NCBI GenBank assembly: GCA_010015805.1
Contig: ML978138.1
Coordinates: 1 to 64,000, forward strand
Source: Rhizodiscina lignyota
Taxonomy: Eukaryota
Direction of reading: 5' to 3'
DNA length: 64,000 bases
The translations under genes were made by a program, and so were the position numbers. Under the pieces are notes generated by a model. That model was not told where the DNA came from, made no database searches, and worked only from the letters and a program-made list of their open reading frames with translations. Within the stretch, counting starts at the first letter, position 1; every line of letters starts with the position of its first letter. Shown here in pieces: positions 20,746 to 31,751 of the stretch.

Positions 20746-22401
20746 ATGGCAGCCGCGTTTCGGACAAAGCTTCGAAAACGAATCGACTCATTTCTCAAGC
20801 CATCTACTTCCAAGATCGACTATATTCCTCTTCCACTACAGGACCAACCTACAGCCTCCGAAGGAAATCAAACGGGAGCTGAGGAGGAGAATAGAGTGCC
20901 AGTGGATCCGATTTTACGGACATCGTTGGAGCGCGCCCTCGTCAAGAAATTAGATCGGAGTTTGATGCCAGTACTCTTTTGCATGATCATATTAAAGTAC
21001 GCATAAGTCCTTCGCTCATTTTGTTTGATGTTGACGAATCGGTAGCTATCTTGATCGTAATGCCCTTCCCAATGCCCGAGTTCAAGGAATCGAAAAGGAC
21101 ATTGGGCTCAAAGGCGAAGAGTTCAACACAGCAATCTCCGCTCTATTCATTGGATACATCACACTCCAAGTGCCGTCAAATCTGTTTCTCACGCGTGTAC
21201 GGCCCAGTGTCTATCTTCCGATCTGCATGTGTCTTTGGGGCATAGTATCTGCCTCCACTGCATTCGTCGGATCCTTCCACGGACTAGCCATGACCCGCTT
21301 CTTGATTGGATTCCTTGAAGCTCCCTTCTTCCCAGGAGCATTGTTCTTGCTCTCAAGTTGGTATACTCGAGAAGAGCTTGCTACACGAACGGCAGTGCTA
21401 TTCTCGGGGAACCTTCTCTCGGGTGCATTTGGTGGCCTGGTTGGAGCGAGCGTACAGTTCGGGTTGAACAATGTGTTCGGACTCCGCTCATGGCAGTGGC
21501 TGTTTATGCTTGAAGGATCTGCTACAGTTATTTTGTCGCTAATAGCTTTCTTCGTTCTACCAGATTTTCCATCTACAACTCGCTGGCTGTCTGAACAGGA
21601 GAGGATTCTTGCCATCGAGCGCCTTCAAAAGAGCAACGGCAGCTCCGAGACAGGACAAAGATCTTTGATCGCGGGGTTTCTCATGACCATTCGAGATTAC
21701 AAGGTGTGGATCTTGTCCGCCATCATCCTGACAAAGACAACTGCTGCTGCCGTTTCATCGTTCATCCCGACCTTGGTGGCTACGTTCGAGTACGGCAAGA
21801 TCCAATCGCTCCTCATGGTTGCGCCACCTTACCTTTTTGCAACAATTGCGTCACTGGCCACCTCCATCAGTAGTGACAAGCGTGGAGAGAGATGCTATCA
21901 CCTTGCGGCCCCATTAGCGATCGGGGTGATTGGATTCATCATTGCTGCTATCACAACTGGCCTCGTGCCTCGATATGCAGCGCTTTTCCTCATACTTGGA
22001 GGGGTTTATGGGGGTTTTGATGTCGCCATTGCCTGGGTCTCGTCAACTGTGCGTACTCTCTTTGCCTGAGCAAGGCCGTATCAGTTGCTGAGTACTGACG
22101 GTTGCAGCTACCCGCACCTGCTGAGAAACGTGCAACTGCACTCGCTCTCACCAACATGGTGGGAAATACTCCCCAAATCTTCGCGCCATATCTGTATGAC
22201 AAGAGAACGGGGCCACGATATGTCCCAGCAATGACAGCAAATGCGGCGTTTCTCTTTGCTTCGATTGGATTTGCAATTCTCTTGCGGCTTTGCTTGGTAC
22301 GGGAAAATCGAAAGCTTGATGCTGGTGAGATGGCAGAAGAGGAGCCCGTGAAAGACACCGAAGGCGCGAAGCTGGTTGGAAGTTTCAGATATGTCTTATG
22401 A
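20746..22401 (+). CDS. MFS transporter, anion:cation symporter (DAL5/TNA1-like) family
   Basis: LVKKLD..YLDRN, EAPFFPG..WY..ELA.R, WQWLFMLEG, LPDFP..WLSE.ER. Introns 20997-21045 and ~22049-22108. Confidence 0.9.
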
Positions 22402-22891
22402 TAAAGCGGTCGTATATTCCGCATGAGTATAGAGAAAAGTCTTGGTTCTTACATAAACCGCACGGATTGAGGGGCTGGTGTTGCCCCGGAGGAGCGAAGC
22501 ATCTCTAACCTCCGGCAATTGATTAATCAGTGGTCCCGCAAACGCCTGCAAAGATCAGTCTTAAATGACGGCAAGTGTTCCGCGTCACAAGTTTCTGAGT
22601 AAAACGGACCATCTTCGCTTATTAACAGCTTTCAAAGTTCCTTTGGATCTGTATAGATTTTCGTCCATCGTCTGAAAGTGGATTAGCGGCATTTTCGGAT
22701 ATGTTGTGAATCTTCCTCGAATCGACTCGCTTTCTCAAGGCGCAAATCAATCTTCCGAGCTAAAATGCGAGTGCCTAGATATATGGACACCTTGAAAAGA
22801 AGTTTGTGGGCGATATTGAATACAAGTACATCACATTTACCATTCGCTCTGTTCCAATTTTCAACTCTTCCAGTTTCCAGGTGTTGCTGCC

Positions 22892-23682
22892 ATGGCGCAA
22901 CCAATTAAACTCTACGTCCATGTGTTCGGGTGAGCTTGCTCAAGTATTCAAGAGAGCACAACTGACGAATACAGTCCCAACCCTTGGAAAGTAGCCATCA
23001 TCCTTGAAGAGCTTGGAGTGCGGTATGACACAATATCCATGGACTATGCGGATCTGAAGAAAGAACCCTTCGAATCGCTTAATCCAAATTGCCGTGTGCC
23101 CGCGATAGAAGATCCCAACACAGGTATTGTATTATTTGAAGTAAGCGGAGAACTATTCTTTGGAAAGGCTCCTGTTGACTCGCGACCAAGTCTGGTGCAA
23201 TCGTCGAGTATCTCGTCGAAATGTACGACAACGAGGGCTGACTCACATACACCACCTTTCCGGAGAAGTTCCAATTGAAGAGCTGGCTACACTTCCAGAT
23301 GTCAGGACAAGGCCCGTACTTTGGGCAGAGCATACACTTTCAGCGCTTCCATCCGAATAACCATGAGCCGATTCAGCTGCCAACTGCGATTGAGCGATAC
23401 AAGAACGAAGGAAAACGTGTCGTTGGCGTGATTGACAAGCACCTGAAGAAGCATGGGACGGGTTATGTCGTCGGTGATAAGTTGACGTATGCGGATCTGG
23501 CGTTCGTGCCTTGGAATGTGTTACTGTCGGATGTTATGGGGGAGGATTTTGATCCCAAGGTTGAAGCGCCGGACTTTGCAGCCTGGCACGACAATATGGC
23601 GGAGCGGCCGTCAGTGAAGAGGGCGTATAAGAAGAAACAAACGCTTGTGGATGATTTCATGAAATCGGAAAAGTCTATATAG
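22892..23682 (+). CDS. Glutathione S-transferase (Ure2p-like class)
   Basis: PNPWKVAIILEEL, NPNCRVPAIEDP, ESGAI, WLHFQMSGQGPYFGQ, TYADLAFVPW. Introns ~22930-22974 and 23141-23190. Confidence 0.9.
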
Positions 23683-24127
23683 TTTTTTCGAAGAACTCCA
23701 TCACACTCAAAAAAGTACAATCAAGTCGGATAGGAGTGACTGGGCACCAAGGTATCGTACCGTTAGTTCACAAGTGACAAAGGTGAGGTCAGCAATGAAC
23801 GAAACAGGAGAAAGGAGTCAGGTATTATGTATGTGCAATTTTCTCTGAAGATGCGTTTCCGCAGACGAAGTATTCCTTATTTCCAGCCCACCAAGCCTAC
23901 CTAGGTGCCCTACCATAGTAAAACAGATGAAAAAGAGCCCAGCGTGCATAAAGAAACAGAAATGAAATCTCAAAAGAACAAGCCACAAGAATGTAAATAC
24001 CAAATTGATGACTAACCCCGCCAACCCTATGATTTCCCTATTGAAGGAGAAGGTCCGGAACCGGGATACCACATAGTAACATAGGAAGCCCGTCATCACG
24101 CCATAGGTCTTAGGAAAGAGAAACTCC

Positions 24128-27100
24128 TCAGTATGGCGGCCTCCCCGTAACCGCATCAACCCCATACCCATACCCATCAACTTCAATCCCTTCCAACAAC
24201 GTCCTTACATCCACTCCCTGTGCAGGATACCCGGCGCCATTCATCCCGCGAAAACTCTCCCCTCTCCGAACATTACCACCACCGTCGACGATGCCTTTAC
24301 CACGAAAGCTCCGAGGTGTGCTACTGCCACGCTTAGATGCATAGAGTCCATCAGCTCCCGAGCTAGCAGATCGATTCATTGATTTCCGTGAGCCCGCGTT
24401 CGCAGCCTGTGAAGCGTGGGCAGAGACGGAGCGGCGCTTGTTGGGCTCAATGGTGACTTCCTGGCCTCTAAAGGCGATGCCCATGATTGCTTCCTGCTCG
24501 AGCGCGTCCGGAGAGCTAGTAGCTGGGCGTGAGAACCCAGCGGCACCTGTTGGCGATTCGGCAGTTTGCGGAAGCGGCGGCGCAGTAGAAGGATCAAAAT
24601 ACGACTGCGCACCGGGGTGTTGGTGTTCCGTCGCTGTTTCAGTAGCGGTGGACGTGTTCGAGTCCATGCGAGACAAAGGTGGAGCAGGTGATTCTCCAGG
24701 CGTCATGTAGACAGACGATTCTGCGTCGGTGTCTGTCATCGCGCGACCACGCTGCTCTTCTTGAAAAGAGGCAGGAAGTGGAGGAACGGGTGGGATGTAG
24801 TCGTCCTGCGCATCAGCGCCAGCAGGTTTCGCAGATCCACCGTCGTATCGATCCAGGTATGGACGAATGGTAGCTTCGCTATTGACATGGGCGTGTCCCG
24901 AGGGCGGTCGCGGCGTGGAACTACCTTCTCTAATTTCTCTTTCACGGCTTTCTTGTTCCTCTTCCTCGCTCCGATGCTCCTCCCCTGCAGCAGTGACATC
25001 CTCGGTCCCGGGCGGAACAGGCACATTGACGCTGACGGGGACTGCATAGTCGACATCGCTCGTGCTAATGTCTGCACTGACTAGACTGTCGCTTGCAGTA
25101 TCTGCGTCAGCATCACCATCTCTGCTACTGCTCCTGTCACTACTCCACTTTTGTCCGTAGCTTGAGGAACCTCGCATGCTCCACGCAGTCCGCAATGCTC
25201 CACCAGCAGCTGTTGCTCCCGCAAGGACGCGCTTGAGATCCTCGACCCTCACAGCTGAGCGCACAGAAGAGGTAGAAAGGTGGGTAGATGGTGTTGCGCC
25301 TTGGGACGTGGAACGACGCGCTGTAGGCGTCGCTGGATAATGTACGCTTCGAGGAGACGCTAGATATTCCACTCCATTTCCGCCGGGCTTGGTATTGACT
25401 GTTCCGTTGGCATTGGAGTTGCCTGGTGGGACACCCACTGTGAGATGTTTCTTGCTACGTACGGTAGGAAGGCTACCATCGCCTCCAGCGCTACCACTCA
25501 GCTTACCAGAGCCTGTGAAGGATCTTGCAGATTCTTTGGTAGTATTTGCAATGCAGCGCTCCTTTGACCAGTCGGAGAGAAGCTCCTCACGAATCTTTGG
25601 TGGGAGTTCAGGTGGGCCACGATTCGGTGATGGGGAGCGAAGTTGGGCGTTTTGCTGAAGAGATATAGACTTCATACGCCCAGTCTGGCTCAGCATTGGG
25701 ACTGAGAATGAGCGACTTGGCGATCCAGGTGGAGATGTAGGAGGTGAGTAGAGAGATAAGCTGTAACCCTGTGCAATCTTCTCCACGAGTGCTGATCGAT
25801 TGTCGAAAGGTTTGAGAGTTTCTTCAGTGACCTTCTCCTCTGATATTGTCGTTGACGATACCGCAGTGGCGCTGTCACCACCAGATGTGCCTGGTGCTCG
25901 CCCGAGAGTTGCTTGAGATTGTGGCGCTTGCGGAGGATAAAGAGGTGGCACACGAACAGATTGAAGCCACACTCCATTTTGCGTTCGGCGGCTAATCTCG
26001 TTGAGAATAGTGCGAGCGGTCGCAGATGCATCAAACTCAAAGTAGACGGCAAGAGCCCAGAAATAGCCATGAACCAGGCTGCCAACGTTGACCGTGGCGG
26101 TTGGCGTGGGAAAGGAGGGCGTTTCCCTTTGAAGACATACGACCATCGGCAGACCGCTCCGGACACTGTTAACACCGAGCTTCGCCACCAGAATGCAAAG
26201 TAATGAGTGGAGCAGGAGAATGTCTTGCTCAGACTCCGCAAACTGGTGGACATCCTCGTAGATTGCAAGATGCAACAAGTCGAGGAATGTGCTCCGTTTC
26301 GGCGCCGGTGATTTCTCGCGTTGTGATGCATTTGAAACTGCTCTCCTCGCCAAGCTGTCTCCTTTTGCAGCGCCGTTCTCCTTCTTCTGGGATGGCTTTC
26401 TCTTTGGCGTTTCGTCAGATACCTTGAGATCAGGTTTCCGAGACTCATAGCTCAACCATGTAACGAGAGCATCGTGGTACGCAAGCCTGACTTGATAGTT
26501 CGAGTCGCGGAGAAGCCACTGCGTTCCCTCCCACACGGACGTTCCAATTTGACTTCTACCCGCCGCATTAGACGATCCATCCGGAGCTCTTCCATTAGCA
26601 ACTAATATAATGGCCTTGACAGCCTGTAACGCAGCGACGCGAGCGGTATCGAACGAGAAGAAGTTGTCTGTGCCCGCCTTCTCTTGCAGACTCACGGAGC
26701 GTGCCAGTGTTTCGGCAGTTCCTGAAGGGTCCTGAATAGCGGTGATAGCTGCGGGCGGGTTGTTGAGAGGGAAGGGTCTGAGTCGCTTCATGATTGCTGT
26801 AATCATATCCGAAATCTGGTCTGTGTAATAGACATGAGTCGCGAGATTGCCGATGCACTGAAGCAGCTGATTGAGCAATTTCACTCTTTCCTCCGACGGC
26901 GTCTTGACCACTTCCATTACAACTGCTGAGCCTCCAGATCCACGATGTTGTCCAGTGGTTGCAGGCTGGTCGGCCGCTTCCTTCAGAGCTACGCTACTGT
27001 CACTCAGCAGAGCATCCGCTTGCTGGTGGTGCGGCTTGATGGCGGAATCTTCACCTCCAAGCTGGAGCAGAAGTGAGATGTGCTGCATGAGTCCAACCAG

Positions 27101-28285
27101 CACATCCATTACGCTGAGCCCGATAAAATTAATGTTTGAGCTCAGGAGCCACCCAACAACCGTTGCAAGAACGAATTGTTTCTCGAGATCGCTTTCCACG
27201 ATTGGACTGCGTACGAGAGTCTCCATCGCCGTCACAAGAATGACGTATCGATCCTGAACAGGTGCCCAGCTGCAGAGCATGGCAAAGAGATTTGTTGGCC
27301 AGCTTCCAAGACCCAGTGTGTGATATTCCTGCCTCTCGAAATGATCTTTTGGCTGTACGTGCGTACCCATGAACTTTAAGACTGCCGATGTTGCCAGGCG
27401 CAGCTGTTGACGGCTGGAGCCGGAAAAGATTCGGCGCAGTGCTTGTAGCGCAATGATGCCCACGTCCTGCTCAGCAAGCTTGTCCGCATCTGCAGTTGTT
27501 CCCAGAGCAGCGATCGGATCGGCATCACCTTCGTCGGTAGTTCTGACTGTAGATATGCTCTGCCTTCGGCGATAAGCCTGCTCCTTTTCCATCTGCTCCC
27601 GGTTGTACTCTCGTGTGACCAGGGTTTGGAGATATATCGCATCGGTAGAGTAGATATTCTCGAGCACCACCGGAACAATGAGGTTAAGCTGTCTCGCAGT
27701 CTCAGCGCTGATGGTCTCCGAGTCTGCAATTGCCTTGATAGCGTCCAATCCGACCTTCCGGAAGCGCATCGACACAGGCAGATTAACAACCCCTTTCGTC
27801 ATCTGCGGCCGGTCCTTGCTGGCAAAGTTGACGTACAGCTGCACCACCTCCTCATACTGCCGGATGTAGTCCTGGTCTGCTGCCAACATCGCTGGATCTT
27901 GAAACTTGCAGAACGTCTCCCACACCTCCTGCGTGCACTCCACCATCGTCACATCGCCGCTCTTCAGCACCGTCCTTAGCATGCGCAGCACTGCGCCCGC
28001 GAACAGCGGCAGGTCCTTTGGCGTCTTCTCGATCAGCGCGCGCACAATCTCCAGGCTGACCTGTACATTGCCAATGCGCAAGTGCCACACATCAGACACG
28101 GTGCGCTTGTCGAGGAAGTTGCCGACCTTGACGAGCTTGGAACGGCGCGTCGAGGCATAGTAGAGGAGATACGACAACTCGCTGCCATTTGGTTTTACTT
28201 GCGGCTGGCTCTTTTGATAGCGCGGGTAGCATTTGAGCACGAGGACCTGGTGCTTGGGGCGGCATGACTGGCGAACAGCGTTCAT
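24128..28285 (-). CDS. EFR3: EFR3, plasma-membrane scaffold of the PI4-kinase complex
   Basis: Intronless 1385 aa. N-terminus CRPKHQVLVLKCYP..SELSYLLYYASTRRSKLVKVG and HVYYTDQISDM are characteristic of EFR3. Long disordered tail. Confidence 0.92.
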   Translation of the reverse strand: MNAVRQSCRPKHQVLVLKCYPRYQKSQPQVKPNGSELSYLLYYASTRRSKLVKVGNFLDKRTVSDVWHLRIGNVQVSLEIVRALIEKTPKDLPLFAGAVLRMLRTVLKSGDVTMVECTQEVWETFCKFQDPAMLAADQDYIRQYEEVVQLYVNFASKDRPQMTKGVVNLPVSMRFRKVGLDAIKAIADSETISAETARQLNLIVPVVLENIYSTDAIYLQTLVTREYNREQMEKEQAYRRRQSISTVRTTDEGDADPIAALGTTADADKLAEQDVGIIALQALRRIFSGSSRQQLRLATSAVLKFMGTHVQPKDHFERQEYHTLGLGSWPTNLFAMLCSWAPVQDRYVILVTAMETLVRSPIVESDLEKQFVLATVVGWLLSSNINFIGLSVMDVLVGLMQHISLLLQLGGEDSAIKPHHQQADALLSDSSVALKEAADQPATTGQHRGSGGSAVVMEVVKTPSEERVKLLNQLLQCIGNLATHVYYTDQISDMITAIMKRLRPFPLNNPPAAITAIQDPSGTAETLARSVSLQEKAGTDNFFSFDTARVAALQAVKAIILVANGRAPDGSSNAAGRSQIGTSVWEGTQWLLRDSNYQVRLAYHDALVTWLSYESRKPDLKVSDETPKRKPSQKKENGAAKGDSLARRAVSNASQREKSPAPKRSTFLDLLHLAIYEDVHQFAESEQDILLLHSLLCILVAKLGVNSVRSGLPMVVCLQRETPSFPTPTATVNVGSLVHGYFWALAVYFEFDASATARTILNEISRRTQNGVWLQSVRVPPLYPPQAPQSQATLGRAPGTSGGDSATAVSSTTISEEKVTEETLKPFDNRSALVEKIAQGYSLSLYSPPTSPPGSPSRSFSVPMLSQTGRMKSISLQQNAQLRSPSPNRGPPELPPKIREELLSDWSKERCIANTTKESARSFTGSGKLSGSAGGDGSLPTVRSKKHLTVGVPPGNSNANGTVNTKPGGNGVEYLASPRSVHYPATPTARRSTSQGATPSTHLSTSSVRSAVRVEDLKRVLAGATAAGGALRTAWSMRGSSSYGQKWSSDRSSSRDGDADADTASDSLVSADISTSDVDYAVPVSVNVPVPPGTEDVTAAGEEHRSEEEEQESREREIREGSSTPRPPSGHAHVNSEATIRPYLDRYDGGSAKPAGADAQDDYIPPVPPLPASFQEEQRGRAMTDTDAESSVYMTPGESPAPPLSRMDSNTSTATETATEHQHPGAQSYFDPSTAPPLPQTAESPTGAAGFSRPATSSPDALEQEAIMGIAFRGQEVTIEPNKRRSVSAHASQAANAGSRKSMNRSASSGADGLYASKRGSSTPRSFRGKGIVDGGGNVRRGESFRGMNGAGYPAQGVDVRTLLEGIEVDGYGYGVDAVTGRPPY

Positions 28286-29222
28286 CGCGGCGTCGTCATC
28301 GGCGTAAGGGGGATGAGGCGGTCGCGGAGAGTCTGATGAAAGGGATGGAGAGGGCGAGGAAGGATGGGTTATCGGCGGTTAGAGGAGATTTTTGCTGACG
28401 ATGATGGTACGAGAAGTGAGCTGGACTCTTGTTGGGAGATTGCAGTCGGCGGCGGATGCGGAGAGCGAGGCGGATGCCTGCAGCAGCGCTGCAATGCTCG
28501 CGAGGCGCTGCAAACACGTCACGGCGATGTCGTGTAGAGCGAGAGAGCAATTGTTGCCCAAGTCGAGAGGTGAGATGAGGATAGCATCATTCGGGGGGGG
28601 TTTGGTGGAGGTGATTCACGAAACGTGGTCGCGTAATAGTCGGGTCTTGGGCTTGGGTATGGATCAGCTTAGCTTAGTGCCGCGTGCAGCGTAGCGTTGC
28701 GTAGTGCGTGTGCCATCCAGAACCAGCATTGCCAGCTCTGCTTCTGGGCGGGCCGGGATCGCTTTCTGGGTGCCGGAGGTGGGTGCAGGCGTCCCGAACA
28801 GCCAAAAGTTGGTCCCGGCGAGTGAGCGGCCACATCCGGCCGCTTGGGAGAGAGGTTCCAGGAATACGCGCATGAACGTGACGCAACTGCGCAGGGTCTC
28901 AACAAATTGCGGAGAAGCAGAGCAAAACGTGTGTTTGCCAGACTGACGATTCCAGTAGGCCACCACGTGTGCGCTTCATTCGACTCTCATCGTCACTTTC
29001 AGCCTTATCGCTTGCCTCCAGTTAAGAGTCGTTGCACGCCGCGTCCATGCCTGGCGCGATTTATTCACAACCGCGCGCAGACAATGTCGGTATCAATCGC
29101 ATTCATGCGGGGACTAGCTACTACAGCGGATCTTGATGGAATCTCGACCGATATATGCCGCATACCGCACATCCCAAGCAGCCAGAGGGATTTAGCCGGA
29201 GCTTCTCTGTTGCCAACACTAC

Positions 29223-29890
29223 TCACGAGCCCTTCGTGTCCACCTCCAACTCCGATAGCTTGCCCAATCGCTCTCCATCCACTCTCAGACCTACCCATTC
29301 TTCCATCTCTTCCGCGCCGAGCCCTCTGTAGAACTTTAGTGCGCTCTCATTCCACCGTAGACAGCTCCACTCAAGCCTGCCTCCGTTTATTCTCTGCGTC
29401 TCCTTTGCCAGTTCCTTCAGCAAGAGGGTAGCATATCCTCTTCGTCTATACGCTGGTCTGACGAACAGATCCTCCAAGTATATTCCTGGCCGTGCTAGCC
29501 ATGTGCTGTACGTGTGGTAGAAGAGTGCCATCCCGGCCACTGAACCTTCTTTCTGGCCATCTTCTGCCGGTGCTGTGAGGATGAAGGTAGAAGCAAAGGT
29601 CTGAGGTTTCGATGAAGTGTCTGCAGTTGCATCTGCGGGTGAAGGAGCGAAAGTGAGCGTCTGGGAGAGGAGGGCCTCGGTGGCCTTTACACTGTCGAGT
29701 GCATGTTCGTATGTTGCGAGTTCGCGAATCATAGCTAGGATTTCTGGTATATCTGATCACTTGTTAGATCCAAAGACAGTCCCTAATATCAATCTCAATG
29801 CCAATGTGAACGACACTGCTCTGGGGGACTTCTGGGAAATCTCGACGTACCTCGGCGCGTCGCGAGACGAATTTGCGGTTGGTCTGCCAT
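29223..29890 (-). CDS. GNAT N-acetyltransferase (diamine/SSAT, Ats1-like)
   Basis: IRLAT.. / intron / DIPEILAMIRELATYE, YSTW..PGIYLEDLFV, RRRGY, RLEWSCLRWNESALKFY. Confidence 0.9.
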
Positions 29891-30176
29891 TGTGCTCGAG
29901 AAGTCGAATATCAGAGGATGGTCGCACCCAATATCCGAGTGTTTATATTGCTGTTCGGTGGCGTCCAAGCATGCGTCAAAGGGCGTGAAATTCTCCAGCA
30001 ACCCGAGAGAAGTAAAAATCTCGGTGAAAGATTTTTCCGATGAATAGGCTTTCCAGTTCCTGTCCTTCTCTGGTAAATGCTAATTTCGCTGATAACGCTT
30101 GCGAAATGCTCGGAAGCTAACGTTGTTGGAATTTCCATTGGGAGAGGCGCGCCATTGGTCGGACATGGAGGCTATG

Positions 30177-31460
30177 CTAGTTCCGGTAGTTGACCAACAG
30201 ATGTTTTTTTCTTGCTGTTACGTTGGTCTCTTTTCCCACTGTGAATGTTGGAAGACCGCTAAAGAGTTCCGTGAGATGATCTTCTTTGGCAGGGTCCTGA
30301 ATGTTTTCCAAACCGGGGCGCCGTATCTGCTTTTCGCGTTGAATATCTTGTTCTTCAAACCACTGGACATTCCATCCTGACTTTCTCGCATCCCAGGTTA
30401 CTAGGGGACACTGGGCAAGAACCGATTTCCACAGTCGTTGCATCAGTCGTGGTGTAAGACTATGAGGCCCATCTTTGGCATCCGGCAGCTTTTTATTCAG
30501 CGAGCGGACGTTGAGGCCGTCCTCCAGAAATTGTCCTAGTCGATTTTCGACGTAGTCCGGATCGCGAAGGAATGAAGCTTCGAGCGTAGACTGTTCTTTT
30601 GCCTGTTCGTCATTGAACGATGCGTCGTGCTCGAGAATGCTTGTATGTGTTCCAATATGCGTAGTTATATCTTGCACTTGGCGAATTGAAAAGCGACGAG
30701 AACTTGGATCCAGAACTATGCGACGTTGACGAGGACCATCCCATTTAACATTGCCACAGACAAGGTCACGAAGATGAACCCATTCAGACTCTGGCAAAGG
30801 AGGAAGAATCCTACCCAATAGGTCTGCCCACCACTTCTTGGCCGAGTTCATCCGCCTCTTCTCAGGCATTGGTCTGTTCCAAAGATTCTTCTCGGCCATT
30901 TTTAAATCGAGGGATTTGATATCGCGGTCAGAACGTAGAGATTCGCGTCGCGCGTGCTGGCTTGTCATCAATGTCTTCAGCATGGAGTATCTGTCCGACA
31001 TCTTGAATTTCAGTTTTCCATCTTGGATTTGAGGAGGCTCCAATGCTTTGTGTGGCGTACGAGGCTTGCCAGATGGCTCTTCTAGCTGGCCATTATGCGC
31101 TTCGTTTGGCACATATTCTTGCAGTAGAGGCTTCATCAAGTCATGCCGCCGTTTGCCAGTTCGCCCATATGTATGCTCGAGCACTCGGAGAAGAGGCTTG
31201 AGCTCGCCATCATTCGCCCGTTCCAAGACACGAAGATAATATTCCCCATTCTTCAAGAGGTCTGCAAGTCTTCTAGGGCCAAGAAAAGGATCACTGTCGG
31301 GGTAGGCGCGATATCTAGCCAGTACATGGTGATGTACCCAGCTACGGGCGTTCGCATCGGGGAGGTAGGTTGCTTGCCGCAGAAGCGCGCGTAGGAGGTG
31401 TCGAGCGTGAACGCGACCAAAATTATTCAATTCTCTTACACTCCATGTTGGCAAGGTCAT
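30177..31460 (-). CDS. LYR-motif-like mitochondrial protein (Cup1-like)
   Basis: 427-aa ORF. HLLRALLRQATYLPD, LERAN.G..PL.RVL..TYGRTGKRRH, N.W.RPMP..R..N...WW.....ILPPLP. Confidence 0.65.
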   Translation of the reverse strand: MTLPTWSVRELNNFGRVHARHLLRALLRQATYLPDANARSWVHHHVLARYRAYPDSDPFLGPRRLADLLKNGEYYLRVLERANDGELKPLLRVLEHTYGRTGKRRHDLMKPLLQEYVPNEAHNGQLEEPSGKPRTPHKALEPPQIQDGKLKFKMSDRYSMLKTLMTSQHARRESLRSDRDIKSLDLKMAEKNLWNRPMPEKRRMNSAKKWWADLLGRILPPLPESEWVHLRDLVCGNVKWDGPRQRRIVLDPSSRRFSIRQVQDITTHIGTHTSILEHDASFNDEQAKEQSTLEASFLRDPDYVENRLGQFLEDGLNVRSLNKKLPDAKDGPHSLTPRLMQRLWKSVLAQCPLVTWDARKSGWNVQWFEEQDIQREKQIRRPGLENIQDPAKEDHLTELFSGLPTFTVGKETNVTARKKHLLVNYRN

Positions 31461-31575
31461 TAGGAGCTTCGGATTGCTGCTGGAAGGTTAATTGTTGTGT
31501 ATATGGCGGCGTATATGTGGTGTGATAGGATACCGCTTCTCTAGTGCGGCCTAAGCGGGCCTAGCCTGCTTTCCT

Positions 31576-31599
31576 ACGCGTCCTGAAGGCGGAGACGCG
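31576..31599. promoter_or_regulatory. MCB-like elements (ACGCGT, GACGCG) in a divergent promoter
   Basis: ACGCGT at 31576-31581 and GACGCG at ~31594, within the 291-bp gap between the LYR gene and the APSES gene. Confidence 0.35.
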
Positions 31600-31751
31600 C
31601 CCAGCACCACCAACTTCGCACAACCACCGCCAATATCCCACTCTCTCCTCTCCGCTCACAGAACTACCATCACCATTTCCTCGTCAGGTCGCCGCGCATT
31701 GTCGCCGCCACTGCCTCTGCTCTGCCATCCCGCGGCCACAAGTCTTGCGGC

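Noticed and set aside
26135..26146. acatacgaccat, resembling the 5' end of fungal 5S rRNA
   Set aside because: Only ~12 nt match, lying inside the EFR3 coding sequence, with no continuation.
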